Below are positions 40,067 through 50,843 of a stretch of DNA of 64,000 nt, one piece after another. Location of the stretch: contig JAQVWG010000002.1 of the NCBI GenBank assembly GCA_028698585.1, positions 77,799-141,798 on the forward strand, written 5' to 3'. How positions within the stretch are numbered: position 1 is the first letter of the stretch; each line of letters begins with the position of its first letter. A program made the translations under genes and the position numbers. Under the pieces are notes generated by a model. That model had not been told where the DNA came from and ran no database searches. It worked only from the letters and a program-made list of their open reading frames with translations. The DNA is from Clostridia bacterium (GTDB taxonomy: Bacteria; Bacillota; Clostridia; Christensenellales; CAG-314).

Positions 40067-40327
40067 AAAATTATCTCCTATATATTGGTTATCGTTATAT
40101 TATTCAGTGCTCTGCACTATGTTGCCAGTGCGTTATTTATCAGTATATTTACATTGTATTGTTGTACAGATAATGCTTGTGGGTGATACATATTATCTAT
40201 TATGGGCATTCTTTGGTGTACTGTTATATAGATTGTAGAGCACTAAACAATCGTTAAGGTGGGGGCATAGTAAAATTATCGTAATGCTATACTCCTAACA
40301 CTCAGGCTCTAATGCTCATAAATTGTG

Positions 40328-41569
40328 TTAATTGGCGTGGTGTACAATCTGGCCCTTAATGATGACTGTTTGCACATGATTGATACAAAAATTGTATGCC
40401 AAAAAATCAATACTGGGCATATCGTGTATTAGTAGATCTGCCTGTTTACCTTTCTCGATAGTGCCTATTATATCCCCTCGTTTAATGGCACAAGCACCGT
40501 TGATGGTCAGCGCACATAGTGTCTCTGCGACAGTCATATTAGTTTGTAATGTGGCTAGTGCAATTAACAGGGGTATACTGTTACTGTAACAACTGCCTGG
40601 GTTAAAATCTGTTCCTAACGCCACTGCGACACCATTGTCAATTAAATCACGTGCTGGTGCATACTGCTCTCGTAGGCTGAATGCCGTGCATGGCAGTAAT
40701 ACTGCTATAGTGTTGCCGTGAGATAATTCGACGATATTCTTGTCGTCAATATGTAATAGGTGTTCAACGCTGGTTGCACCCATTCTGCTGGCAATACCAC
40801 TGCCCCCAAGACACTCTATTTCTTCTGCGTGCATTTTGATATCCAGCCCTAGTTGTTTAGCCTTCAACAACAGTCTAATACACTGGTCTACACTGAACAC
40901 GTTCTTCTCGCAGAAACAATCCACGAACTGCACATCCGTTCTCTCCTTAATAATAGGTAGAACTGTGTCTATCATATACTCAACGTACTCATCCGTCGTC
41001 CTGAACTCTGGTGGGGTAGCATGCGCACCCATATAAGTTCGTGCTATCTGTATAGGTTGTAATTGTTCGAGTTGTCGCATAGTATCGATTTGCTTAAGTT
41101 CGGTCTCTATGTCTAATCCATACCCACTCTTGCCCTCAATGGTAGTAACGCCAAAAGATAAGTATTGTTCCAGCGCCTTGAGTCCGCTCCTGATAAGTTG
41201 TTTTTGCGAGGACTGTCGGGTAGCGTTGACAGTATTTATTATGCCACCACCCTTGTTCATAATCTCCATATAAGTGGCGCCACTCAGTCTGTCAATGAAC
41301 TCCTGTTCCCTGTATCCACCGAACACGAAGTGTGTATGACTGTCTACGTAACCTGCAGTGATAGTCTTGCCCATGCAGTCAATCCTAGGTACATTCTCTG
41401 TTGGGTACTCGTTAATCTCATCCTTAGTGAATACAGCCTGTATCTTATCTCCGTCTATCAACACACATCCGTTCTTGATAATAGTTGGCATATTCATAGA
41501 CTCGCCTTTAATGGCACTGTTCCCCGTAAAGGTGACTATTTGATTGGCATTATATAGTAGTTTTTTCAT
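40328..41569 (-). CDS. hutI: Imidazolonepropionase
   Basis: Amidohydrolase metal motif GYVDSHTHFVFGG, plus ..MHAEE.. and GTDFNPGS. Confidence 0.92.
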   Translation of the reverse strand: MKKLLYNANQIVTFTGNSAIKGESMNMPTIIKNGCVLIDGDKIQAVFTKDEINEYPTENVPRIDCMGKTITAGYVDSHTHFVFGGYREQEFIDRLSGATYMEIMNKGGGIINTVNATRQSSQKQLIRSGLKALEQYLSFGVTTIEGKSGYGLDIETELKQIDTMRQLEQLQPIQIARTYMGAHATPPEFRTTDEYVEYMIDTVLPIIKERTDVQFVDCFCEKNVFSVDQCIRLLLKAKQLGLDIKMHAEEIECLGGSGIASRMGATSVEHLLHIDDKNIVELSHGNTIAVLLPCTAFSLREQYAPARDLIDNGVAVALGTDFNPGSCYSNSIPLLIALATLQTNMTVAETLCALTINGACAIKRGDIIGTIEKGKQADLLIHDMPSIDFLAYNFCINHVQTVIIKGQIVHHAN

Positions 41570-42543
41570 TAAAAATTGTTTTCTAATACGGTTCTTTCTG
41601 TAAAGTTTTCGATTAGCAGATATTCCACTGCCTTATCTATTAGTTGTTTAGATGTGTATGCTGATAAGTCGGCTTTACCCTCTGCGTCTACCTGTACGTA
41701 ATACTTGGCGCAGTCAATGAGTGCTTGCGCAGGACATAATCCTATCAGCTCTGTGCCGATTATTTTGACACCGTAGCGTCTGGCTTCCATTCTAACCATT
41801 TCTAGTGTGGTGTATATAGGTGTCTTGGTATAGTTGGTTAGATTCATAGATACTTGAGCCGTATTTCTCTGCTCCAGCTCTACTCCTATTGCCTTACAGT
41901 AACGCAGTCCACCACCGATAAAGCGTACTTTCTTGCTTATCTTGGTGGCTATATTAACATCGCTTGTGTCCAAGTTGACATTAAATGCAACTAGTGGCAT
42001 ACGCATACCTACAGCGGTAACGCCTGCAGTTGGGTGAGGGTGATTCTCACCATAGTCAGGGTGCCATTCGTCAAGTAGCATTTTGTCTGCCATTCCCTCA
42101 AACTCGCCCTTGCGTATGTCTGCTAGATTTTCCCTGTTAGGAGCAGTAGCAGACTTCTCGTATAGGAACACGGGTATACCGTATCTAGCGTATGCTTGTT
42201 CACCAACGTAGTGGCTCAATTCTATAGCCTCGTTTTCGGTGACGTTACTGATTGGTATAAAAGGCACGACATCTGTAGCACCCATGCGTGGGTGTTGTCC
42301 TTGGTGTTGCGTCAAGTCTATTAGTTGACTTGCTCTATGCATAGCGTTAAGTACAGCCTCAGCTAGCGCGTTAGGCTGTCCTACCACCGTTACCACCATT
42401 CTGTTGTGGTCTGCATCCTTGGAATAATCCAATAGTTTAACATCCGCTACATTGCGAAAACAGTCTAGTATTCTCTCAATTACTTCCGTGCGTCTGCCCT
42501 CACTAAAGTTCGGTACGCATTCTACTATCTTGTCCATTGCCAT
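41569..42543 (-). CDS. ftcD: Glutamate formimidoyltransferase (FTCD N-terminal-domain family)
   Basis: ECVPNFSEGR N-terminal signature. One-base overlap with the hutI start. Confidence 0.9.
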   Translation of the reverse strand: MAMDKIVECVPNFSEGRRTEVIERILDCFRNVADVKLLDYSKDADHNRMVVTVVGQPNALAEAVLNAMHRASQLIDLTQHQGQHPRMGATDVVPFIPISNVTENEAIELSHYVGEQAYARYGIPVFLYEKSATAPNRENLADIRKGEFEGMADKMLLDEWHPDYGENHPHPTAGVTAVGMRMPLVAFNVNLDTSDVNIATKISKKVRFIGGGLRYCKAIGVELEQRNTAQVSMNLTNYTKTPIYTTLEMVRMEARRYGVKIIGTELIGLCPAQALIDCAKYYVQVDAEGKADLSAYTSKQLIDKAVEYLLIENFTERTVLENNF

Positions 42544-42603
42544 ATTAATTGTTCTCCTATTATTTAATTGTAATTTATTGCAGTGAAATTATAGATAAGT
42601 TGA

Positions 42604-44646
42604 TTAACAACTAGTTTCTCGCTTATATTTATCGTACTCCCGTGCGACAAGTTGTTTAATCATATCTGTATTGGCAAGATAGGGGAGTGTTATGTGGTCG
42701 TTCTGTCTTGTCTTGTTGTACTCTATACTTGTTATAAGTGCATTATCGTTCCTTGCCCAACTGCGCCTAGCAACTCCTCCCATAACGTCCCAAGGAAAAG
42801 CGTTCTTGAGTATCAAGTCCACTCTTTCGCTACCGTCGAGCACCATACCGAATCCACCATTAATAGCCCTGCCAATGCCTGTGCCACCGCCATTATGCAG
42901 AGCACAAAGGCTCATACCCCTTGCACAGTTGCCAGCATAGACAAGCGTTGCCATATCTGCCATTATGTTGGAGCCATCTTTAATATTGCTCGTTTCTCTA
43001 AACGGTGCGTCCGTGCCACCTGTATCATGGTGGTCTCTGCCCAGCATTACTGGACCAATCTCGCCCTTCCTTACTAGGTCATTAAACATTAACGCTATTT
43101 TGAGTCTGCCTAGTGCATCTTGATACAATATTCTTGCTTGGGTGCCTACAACTAGATTGTTCTTTTCGGCATCTCGTATCCATACATAATTATCATTATC
43201 TTGATAACGCCTGTTGCGGTCAATACAACTCATAGCAGCCATATCAGTCTTGTGTAAGTCCTCTGGTTTCCCAGATAAACACACCCAACGGAATGGGCCA
43301 TATCCATAGTCGAAGCATACAGGTCCCAGTATATCCTCAACATAACTGGGAAAAGCGAAACCATCTAGTTCGTTGACACCGTTACGACATATTTCCTTAA
43401 CACCTGCGTCAAACACCGATTTCATGAAACTGTTGCCGTAGTCGAAGAAGTATGTGCCCCTTTGTCGCAGTGTTTTGATACATTCATAGTGTAATTTGAG
43501 CGTTTTGTTAACCAGTTGAATAAATGTATGTTTATCATTCTGCAACATAACTGTTCGTTGCTCGTAAGTTAAACCTTGTGGACAGTAGCCACCGTCATAC
43601 ACTGCATGGCAACTTGTCTGGTCAGACAATAAATCTATATGTTTATTGCTATCTATTGCGTATTGAAGCAGGTCCACTATATTGCCGTGATAGGCAATGG
43701 CGATACCGTGCTTGTTAGTGATACTGCGTTGCGCTAGGTCGAATGCCTCACAAGGGCTGTGTGCTATTGCCGATACCCACCCTTGAGAATACCTAGTCTG
43801 TATCCTACTGATATCAACCTCTGCGATAATGCCTACTCCATTGAGTATCTCTACTGCCTTGCCTTGCGCTCCACTCATACCACCCAATCCACTCGATACG
43901 AACAATATGCCTGACAAGTTATCGTGCTGGCCCAGTCCTAGTTTGAGCCTCGCTGCATTAAGTATGGTATTATATGTACCATGCACTATGCCTTGCGGTC
44001 CTATATACATCCACCCACCTGCAGTCATCTGTCCGTAGTTAGCTACTCCCAGCTCCATTGCCCTGTGCCAACTCTCTTGATTGTCGAACATACCTATCAT
44101 TAGTCCGTTGGTGAGTGTTACTCGTGGTGCACTCTGTTGGCTGGCGAACAGACCTAGGGGGTGTCCACTCGCTACTACCAGCGTCTGTTGGTCTGTCAGT
44201 TGTTCTAGATATTTTTTGATTAGACAGTATTGCATCCAGTTCTGGCATACTTGTCCAGTCTCACCGTATGTAACCAACTCGTAGGGATAGAGAGCAATTT
44301 CGAAGTCCAGATTGTTGTCAATCATCACCTGAAATGCCCTGCCTTCTATACAGTTGCCCTTGTACTCATCTATAGGCTTACCGTATATGCGACCTTCTGG
44401 CCTGAATCTATATCCGTATATTCTGCCACGAGTGTATAATTCTTCTAAGAACTCCGGTGCCAGTATCTCGTGCCATTCCTCAGGTACATATCTCAATGCG
44501 TTGGCTAGTGCCAACTCTGTTTCCTGTTGAGTCAATGTAAACTCTCTCTTGGGTGCACGCCTTATCCCCTCTATGAAGGGCTTACGTGGGGGGAGCTCAG
44601 TTAACTTAATTGTCATTGCGCTGTTAATATTATAATTGTTTATCAT
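42604..44646 (-). CDS. hutU: Urocanate hydratase (long ~680-aa form)
   Basis: Motifs GGMSGAQ, YIGPQGIVHGTY and GRDHHDTGGTD. Confidence 0.93.
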   Translation of the reverse strand: MINNYNINSAMTIKLTELPPRKPFIEGIRRAPKREFTLTQQETELALANALRYVPEEWHEILAPEFLEELYTRGRIYGYRFRPEGRIYGKPIDEYKGNCIEGRAFQVMIDNNLDFEIALYPYELVTYGETGQVCQNWMQYCLIKKYLEQLTDQQTLVVASGHPLGLFASQQSAPRVTLTNGLMIGMFDNQESWHRAMELGVANYGQMTAGGWMYIGPQGIVHGTYNTILNAARLKLGLGQHDNLSGILFVSSGLGGMSGAQGKAVEILNGVGIIAEVDISRIQTRYSQGWVSAIAHSPCEAFDLAQRSITNKHGIAIAYHGNIVDLLQYAIDSNKHIDLLSDQTSCHAVYDGGYCPQGLTYEQRTVMLQNDKHTFIQLVNKTLKLHYECIKTLRQRGTYFFDYGNSFMKSVFDAGVKEICRNGVNELDGFAFPSYVEDILGPVCFDYGYGPFRWVCLSGKPEDLHKTDMAAMSCIDRNRRYQDNDNYVWIRDAEKNNLVVGTQARILYQDALGRLKIALMFNDLVRKGEIGPVMLGRDHHDTGGTDAPFRETSNIKDGSNIMADMATLVYAGNCARGMSLCALHNGGGTGIGRAINGGFGMVLDGSERVDLILKNAFPWDVMGGVARRSWARNDNALITSIEYNKTRQNDHITLPYLANTDMIKQLVAREYDKYKRETSC

Positions 44647-44886
44647 AGTAATTGCTCCAATTGTGTTGGTAATGAGTATATATTGTTGAGTGATATTGAA
44701 CTTACACCCTATATGAATGGTTGGCGCAAATAACGCTTGTTCACACCATTATTGACTGTTTTCTGCAATCTCTTGCTGTGTGATTGCTCCGCCGTTACAG
44801 ATAGCATGCTATTATAATCACAGACTGTTACAGATTGTTTTATGTGTTAATCTGTAACAATTACTTGACCGTATGCCTATTAAGGA

Positions 44887-46422
44887 TTATTCAAGTTGAC
44901 CTATTGCAGATGTTACTGCGTCTAGCAGTTGTCCACTCCTAATTAACTCTGCACACTTATGTATGTCTGGAGATATATATCTGTCGTTTTCCATGAATGA
45001 TACTACGCTTCTTACGAGTTGATAAGCCGGCTTAGTGCCTGCTCCCAGAGTGGCCTTGTCATTGCCCAAATCTATTGCCTGAGTAGCAGTTAATAACTCT
45101 ATTGCCAGCACATTAGTAACGTTATCTATAATTGTCTTCAGCTTACGTGCAGCAGTCATACCCATACTGACATGGTCTTCTTGGTTGGCGCTACTTGTTA
45201 TACTATCCACAACTGCTGGATGTGATAGTACTCTGTTCTCACCCACCAAGGAAGCAGCCACATACTGAGGTATCATCATGCCACTGTTAAGTCCGCCATT
45301 CTTGACTAGGAAGGGTGGAAGTCCCGATAGTTGACTGTTGACCAATCGCTCAATTCTTCTCTCACTGACATCTGCTAGTTCGCTCATAGCAATAGCGAGG
45401 AAGTCTAATGCCATAGCGAGTGGTTGTCCGTGAAAATTGCCTCCACTGATAGCCTCGTTAGTGTCTGCGAATATTATGGGGTTATCTGTAACTGCATTTA
45501 TCTCCTTGCTGACTATATTGTCAACATAATTAGTTGCGTCTTTACTGGGACCATGTATCTGTGGCACACACCTGATTGTATAGGCGTCCTGTACTCTTAA
45601 TTGTCCCTGTCTAGAAGTACGCTGACTGCCACTCAGTAACTTACGAATATTGTTAGCTGTGCTTATCTGTCCGTCTTGATGTCTAAGTAGATGTAGTCTG
45701 GGGTCAAAAGCGTCTATAACTGCATTCACTGCTTCCATTGTGAGTGCAGACACTATATCTGCTACCTTGTTGAGATTAAGAGCGTCATACACGCACAGAG
45801 TGGCATATGAGTTCATTGCTTGCGTTCCGTTGATGAGTGCAAGTCCTTCTTTAGATGTCAACTCAATGGGGGTGAGATTGGCTCTTTCAAGTGCTTCGTA
45901 AGATTCCATAAGTTGACCATTATAGTATGCTTGGCCTAATCCTAACAGAGTCAGTGTCATATGAGCAAGTGGTACGAGGTCGCCAGATGCCCCCAGAGAG
46001 CCTTTAGACGGCACGTATGGAACTACCTGACTGTTGAGAAGTGCCAGTAGAGAGTCAATTGTCGGTTGACTGATACCTGAGTTACCAACAGCTAATGCAT
46101 TAATCCGTAGTAACATCATAGCCCGAACATATTCCTCCGTTATAGGTTCACCCACTCCACATGCGTGTGATACGATAAGGTTAGCCTGTAACTGTTTAGA
46201 ATCCTCTTTACTGATTGAAACGTCAGCGAACTTGCCGAATCCGGTAGTGATACCATATATAACCCGTGCCTCATTGACACAATCCTCTACCAGTTGGCGA
46301 GAAACGGCCATACGCTTATACGACTGCTGGCTTATGCATACAGGTCTATGGTGTCGTGCTACGTCTACTACGTCTGCTATTGTCAAGTCTTGACCACTAA
46401 TAATCAGTTTATCTGTTTTCAA
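44887..46422 (-). CDS. hutH: Histidine ammonia-lyase
   Basis: MIO-forming GSLGASGDL motif. GGAGAGG RBS 8 nt before the TTG at 46422; the tracked GTG start at 46467 lacks an RBS and adds 15 atypical residues. Confidence 0.93.
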   Translation of the reverse strand: MKTDKLIISGQDLTIADVVDVARHHRPVCISQQSYKRMAVSRQLVEDCVNEARVIYGITTGFGKFADVSISKEDSKQLQANLIVSHACGVGEPITEEYVRAMMLLRINALAVGNSGISQPTIDSLLALLNSQVVPYVPSKGSLGASGDLVPLAHMTLTLLGLGQAYYNGQLMESYEALERANLTPIELTSKEGLALINGTQAMNSYATLCVYDALNLNKVADIVSALTMEAVNAVIDAFDPRLHLLRHQDGQISTANNIRKLLSGSQRTSRQGQLRVQDAYTIRCVPQIHGPSKDATNYVDNIVSKEINAVTDNPIIFADTNEAISGGNFHGQPLAMALDFLAIAMSELADVSERRIERLVNSQLSGLPPFLVKNGGLNSGMMIPQYVAASLVGENRVLSHPAVVDSITSSANQEDHVSMGMTAARKLKTIIDNVTNVLAIELLTATQAIDLGNDKATLGAGTKPAYQLVRSVVSFMENDRYISPDIHKCAELIRSGQLLDAVTSAIGQLE

Positions 46423-46725
46423 TCTAACTACCTCTCCGTTAATAATGCACCTATCATTATTACACACTTTTCGCTTTTTTTCAACACCTTATATGAACAA
46501 AAAAATGGTTATTTTTTTACATTATGTATAACTACTGGCAGTTAATAATGTCCAAAACCAGTCTGTTATAGGATATTATAATATTCTGATATCGCCCATT
46601 TATTGGCAAGCTCGAGTGTTATATGCATCTAGTATTGAGTCGGTCTTATCAAGTGATTTACTTGATATAACACGTAACTTATGTTATACTTATCTCAGCA
46701 AGAACTAACTAAGGAAGTGTTCATA

Positions 46726-48606
46726 TTGAAAAGAAGAATTGTTACTGCAATAGTGTTGGTCATCATTATGTTGATATCGTGTGCAATAGTTGGCTGTGAA
46801 AACACAAGAACAGACAAAGGGACAGGAACAGGTTCTGGAACAGGTTCAGGTTCAGGGACTATTCCACCCGTTACACATAAGGATAATGACAACGACGGTA
46901 TATGCGATGATTGCAATGCAAGCGTCATCATTAACTACGACATATACGGTATTAATGATTTACACGGCAAGTTCGTCGATACAGAATCTCAAATAGGTCT
47001 GGACGAATTAACTACATATATTAAGAACGCTCGCTCAACACAGGACAATGTTATACTATTATCAATGGGAGATATGTGGCAAGGAGATGCAGAGTCCACG
47101 TTGACGCACGGATTAATTATGACGGACTGGATGAATGCCATTGATTTTGACTGTATGACTCTAGGCAACCACGAGTACGACTGGGGCGAGACTTATATAC
47201 AGAATAATGCTGATGTGGCTGAGTTTCCATATCTTGCTATCAATATATATTCTAGCATAACTAACGAATTGGTAAATTATTGCCAACCGTCAATTATGAT
47301 TGAGAGGGGTGGTATCAAGATAGGCGTTATTGGTGTCATGGGGGATTGTTATTCTTCGATATCGTCTAATCAGGTAGAGGATGTGTATTTCGTTGTGGAC
47401 ACGTACGACGCCACACCATTAACTGATCTTGTCAAAGCCGAATCAGTATCTCTGCGTTCTCAAGGTGCGGACCTAATAATCTACTGTGTGCACGACGGAT
47501 ATAACGCATATGATACAGAGTTGTCAAGTGGCGGATATGTGGACTTAGTATTCGAAGGTCACACTCACACTAGTTATGTTAAGAAAGACACATATGGTAT
47601 ATATCACCTTCAAGGCGGTGGAGATAATGATGGCATAACACATGTCGACTTGAATTATAACTATGTAACCGACACATATAAGGTGGTTAGTGCCAACACA
47701 ATACCTACCAGCACGTATGCATCACTCGCCGATGACCCTATTATCGAGCAATTACTCGATAAATATGAAGATATTGTCGGCACGGTGCGTGATACAATAG
47801 GAGTCAACGATGTTACACGTGATGGGGACGAACTGCGCAGTTTAATTGCTCAACTGTACTATGAGAAGGGCATTGCCAAGTGGTCAAGTAGTTATGATAT
47901 CGTGCTAGGGGGCGGATACTTGTCTGTGCGTGCACCGTACAACCTGTATGCAGGCGACGTTACATATGCAGACCTATTGTCGATATTCCCATTTAATAAC
48001 GACTTGGTTCTGTGTTCAGTCAAGGGTGAGGATTTGAGTGATAAGTTTTTCTTTTCAACCAACTCCAACTACTATATACACTATGGAACGTATGGTACTC
48101 AAGTTAAGAACAACATAGTCGATGACCAAACCTATTATGTAGTCGTAGACACGTATACATCAACCTATGCGCCCAATAAATTGACCGAGGTGGCTAGATA
48201 TCAAGACGGCATATATGCGAGAGATTTACTTGCAGAGTACATTCAAAACGGTGGATTTACCGACCGTATTATCGGTGGCGACTATGATTTAACAGACATA
48301 CCCACGCTTATTGAGATAGGTGAGGCTCTAGATAGTAATCAATCCTCACAGGACGTGTACTATGTGAGTGGCACGATTACCAGTATTGAGAACACCACAA
48401 CTGGCATAATGACTATAGTTGATTCTAATGGCAACTCATTATATATCTATCGCCTCAATAGTGGCGCAACTAAATACGGTGATTTAGATATCAAGCCCAT
48501 TGTAGGAGACACTGTGGTATTATCTGGCAGAATGTATAAATATGCTAATAGTAGCAGTACCATTATTGAGTTGAAGGATGCTCAGTTAGTAGAATTAGTT
48601 GAATAA
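46726..48606 (+). CDS. Lipoprotein: metallophosphoesterase/5'-nucleotidase with a C-terminal OB-fold-like module
   Basis: AAGGAAG RBS 8 nt before the TTG at 46726; the ATG at 46681 has no RBS. Lipobox AIVG|C followed by a GTGTGSGTGSGSG linker. Metallophosphatase motifs GINDLHGKF, GDMWQG, GNHEYDWG and a 5'-nucleotidase C-terminal region. Tail: VYYVSGTITSIENTTTGIMTIVDSNG..GDTVVLSGRMYKY. Confidence 0.85.
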   Translation: MKRRIVTAIVLVIIMLISCAIVGCENTRTDKGTGTGSGTGSGSGTIPPVTHKDNDNDGICDDCNASVIINYDIYGINDLHGKFVDTESQIGLDELTTYIKNARSTQDNVILLSMGDMWQGDAESTLTHGLIMTDWMNAIDFDCMTLGNHEYDWGETYIQNNADVAEFPYLAINIYSSITNELVNYCQPSIMIERGGIKIGVIGVMGDCYSSISSNQVEDVYFVVDTYDATPLTDLVKAESVSLRSQGADLIIYCVHDGYNAYDTELSSGGYVDLVFEGHTHTSYVKKDTYGIYHLQGGGDNDGITHVDLNYNYVTDTYKVVSANTIPTSTYASLADDPIIEQLLDKYEDIVGTVRDTIGVNDVTRDGDELRSLIAQLYYEKGIAKWSSSYDIVLGGGYLSVRAPYNLYAGDVTYADLLSIFPFNNDLVLCSVKGEDLSDKFFFSTNSNYYIHYGTYGTQVKNNIVDDQTYYVVVDTYTSTYAPNKLTEVARYQDGIYARDLLAEYIQNGGFTDRIIGGDYDLTDIPTLIEIGEALDSNQSSQDVYYVSGTITSIENTTTGIMTIVDSNGNSLYIYRLNSGATKYGDLDIKPIVGDTVVLSGRMYKYANSSSTIIELKDAQLVELVE

Positions 48607-48775
48607 TAATTAATAATACTTGTGGCTCTAACCTAACTTAATTAACGATGCTGCTGAACACATACTGTGTATAAAAAAATGAGTTAAAAGTATAGGTATT
48701 AGATTGCATGATGTTACGAAATATGTTATACTGTGTAATGGCTAAGAAGGGTGTACGTATTGGGGGCGAAATGTA

Positions 48776-49531
48776 ATGATACTTGATTTGCAAAAAGCGA
48801 GCATGTGGAAACGAATATCTGCTTCACTTTTTGACTTTATAATCGTTACCATACTGATAGTTGGATTTGCTGCGCTGTTGTCCTGGATAGTTGATTATGA
48901 CGCTTATAACAGGAAAGTGCAGACAGCGTATGATGAGTATGGGGAGGCTTACGGCGTAGATTTACACGCTGATGAGAATACCCTTACCGAACAAGAGAAG
49001 ACCAACTACTATGCCGCCCTTGAGGCGCTCAATCAAGATACACAAGCGCTTCAAGATTATACCATGCTGTTTTATTTGACATTAATTGTTACTAATATAA
49101 GTATATTATTGGGTTTTATCATTATGGAGTTCGTACTGCCCATCATTTTCAAGAACGGGCAGACACTGGGCAAAAAAATCTTCGGTATATGCGTTATGCG
49201 AGTTGACGGAGTAAAAATAACCAATATTCAGTTGTTCATGCGCTCCATACTGGGTAAATGCACTGTAGAGACATTAATCCCTGTCCTGTTGCTGATTATG
49301 ATTATGTTCGGCATGTTAGGACTAACGGGGACTGTCGTGCTGATTTTATTTGCATTACTGCAGATAATACTGGTGGCAACAACCAACGCTCGCACGCCCA
49401 TACACGACTTATTAGCAGGCACAGTTACTGTAGATAAGGCAAGTCAGTTGATATTCGATTCAACTGATGAATTAATTGAATTCAAGAAAAGAATGGCAGC
49501 TGAGCAAGCTGAGAGAGCGCAATACAAGTAA
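48776..49531 (+). CDS. RDD family membrane protein
   Basis: KRISASLFDFIIV N-terminal pattern with 3-4 TM helices, and GKKIFGICVMRVDG. Confidence 0.65.
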   Translation: MILDLQKASMWKRISASLFDFIIVTILIVGFAALLSWIVDYDAYNRKVQTAYDEYGEAYGVDLHADENTLTEQEKTNYYAALEALNQDTQALQDYTMLFYLTLIVTNISILLGFIIMEFVLPIIFKNGQTLGKKIFGICVMRVDGVKITNIQLFMRSILGKCTVETLIPVLLLIMIMFGMLGLTGTVVLILFALLQIILVATTNARTPIHDLLAGTVTVDKASQLIFDSTDELIEFKKRMAAEQAERAQYK

Positions 49532-49604
49532 TACACTGTTCAATCGTCAAGTATACACATCACGCAAGATAATTACTGAACTACTACTTATATAGAGGGA
49601 GCAT

Positions 49605-50843
49605 ATGAAAGTTGAATTGCAAAACGTTACTAGGATTTTTCCTAGCAGGAACAAGAGAGAAAAGAATGATGTAGTTGCCGTCAATAACTTTACATTCGAG
49701 ATACCCGATGGCAAACTGATTGGATTGTTAGGACCAAGTGGTTGTGGTAAGAGCACGACCCTATATATGATATCTGGTCTGCAAAGGCCTACATCAGGAC
49801 GTATTTTTTTCGGTGAGGACGATGTTACGGATTTGGCTCCTGAGAATAGGGGAGTAGGACTGGTATTCCAGAACTATGCTCTATATCCTCATATGACGGT
49901 CAAACAGAATATTCTTTTCCCACTGCAGAACCTCAAGGGTGAAGACAAGATGACCAAGGAGGATATGTTGGAGAGAGCTTACAACGTGGCTCGTTTGGTA
50001 CAGATTGATGAGTTAATGGAGCGTAAGCCCAGTGAGTTGTCTGGTGGACAACAACAGAGAGTTGCTATTGCTCGTGCACTTGTCAAGATGCCAAGAGTAT
50101 TACTCCTAGATGAACCGCTATCCAACCTAGACGCTCGTCTACGTTTGCAGACTCGTGAGGAGATAAGGAGAATACAGAGAGAGACGCAGATAACTACCGT
50201 TTTCGTAACGCACGATCAAGAGGAGGCTATGAGCATATCTGACACTATCGTAGTTATGAAACTAGGCGTTATTCAACAGATTGGTAAACCACAGGATGTC
50301 TATGATAACCCCACCAACCTATTCGTCGCCAAGTTCTTAGGTACCCCTCCTATCAATATTTTTAAGGGCTATGTGCGTAACGAAATGCTGTATATAGGTG
50401 ACGACCCCATTATGTCAGTGCCCGGCATTCAACTACCGGAGAAGAAGGTCAAGGTTGAGCAACAAGACAATCAGGAGAATATATCCACAGAGCATAATAC
50501 TGCTAACGGACAAGCAGTAGACAGCCAGACAGCTGAGTATAAGACAGTCGAGGACGGCGTGAAAGGACACCCAGTATATATAGGCATTCGTCCTGAGGGA
50601 TTCATAGTCGACGAACAGAATGGACCACTACACTGTCACTTGAACAATGTCGAGGTGATGGGGCGTGATATGACAGTAGTATCTTCTAACTCTGATAGTG
50701 AGTCGGGCATTATAAGATCCATTATCAACAGCGATTCCGGACTGGATAGACAGGCAGAGACGGTGAGATACTCCCTAAAGCCACATAAGGTGTTCATATT
50801 CGACCTAGACACAGAAGAAAGAATCCTTTTCGAGGTGAAATAA
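49605..50843 (+). CDS. ABC transporter ATP-binding protein, MsmX/UgpC/MalK type, with a ~45-aa insertion in the C-terminal regulatory domain
   Basis: Walker A GPSGCGKST, Q-loop FQNYALYPHMTV, signature LSGGQQQRVA, Walker B LLLDEPLSNLD. 412 aa. Confidence 0.9.
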   Translation: MKVELQNVTRIFPSRNKREKNDVVAVNNFTFEIPDGKLIGLLGPSGCGKSTTLYMISGLQRPTSGRIFFGEDDVTDLAPENRGVGLVFQNYALYPHMTVKQNILFPLQNLKGEDKMTKEDMLERAYNVARLVQIDELMERKPSELSGGQQQRVAIARALVKMPRVLLLDEPLSNLDARLRLQTREEIRRIQRETQITTVFVTHDQEEAMSISDTIVVMKLGVIQQIGKPQDVYDNPTNLFVAKFLGTPPINIFKGYVRNEMLYIGDDPIMSVPGIQLPEKKVKVEQQDNQENISTEHNTANGQAVDSQTAEYKTVEDGVKGHPVYIGIRPEGFIVDEQNGPLHCHLNNVEVMGRDMTVVSSNSDSESGIIRSIINSDSGLDRQAETVRYSLKPHKVFIFDLDTEERILFEVK

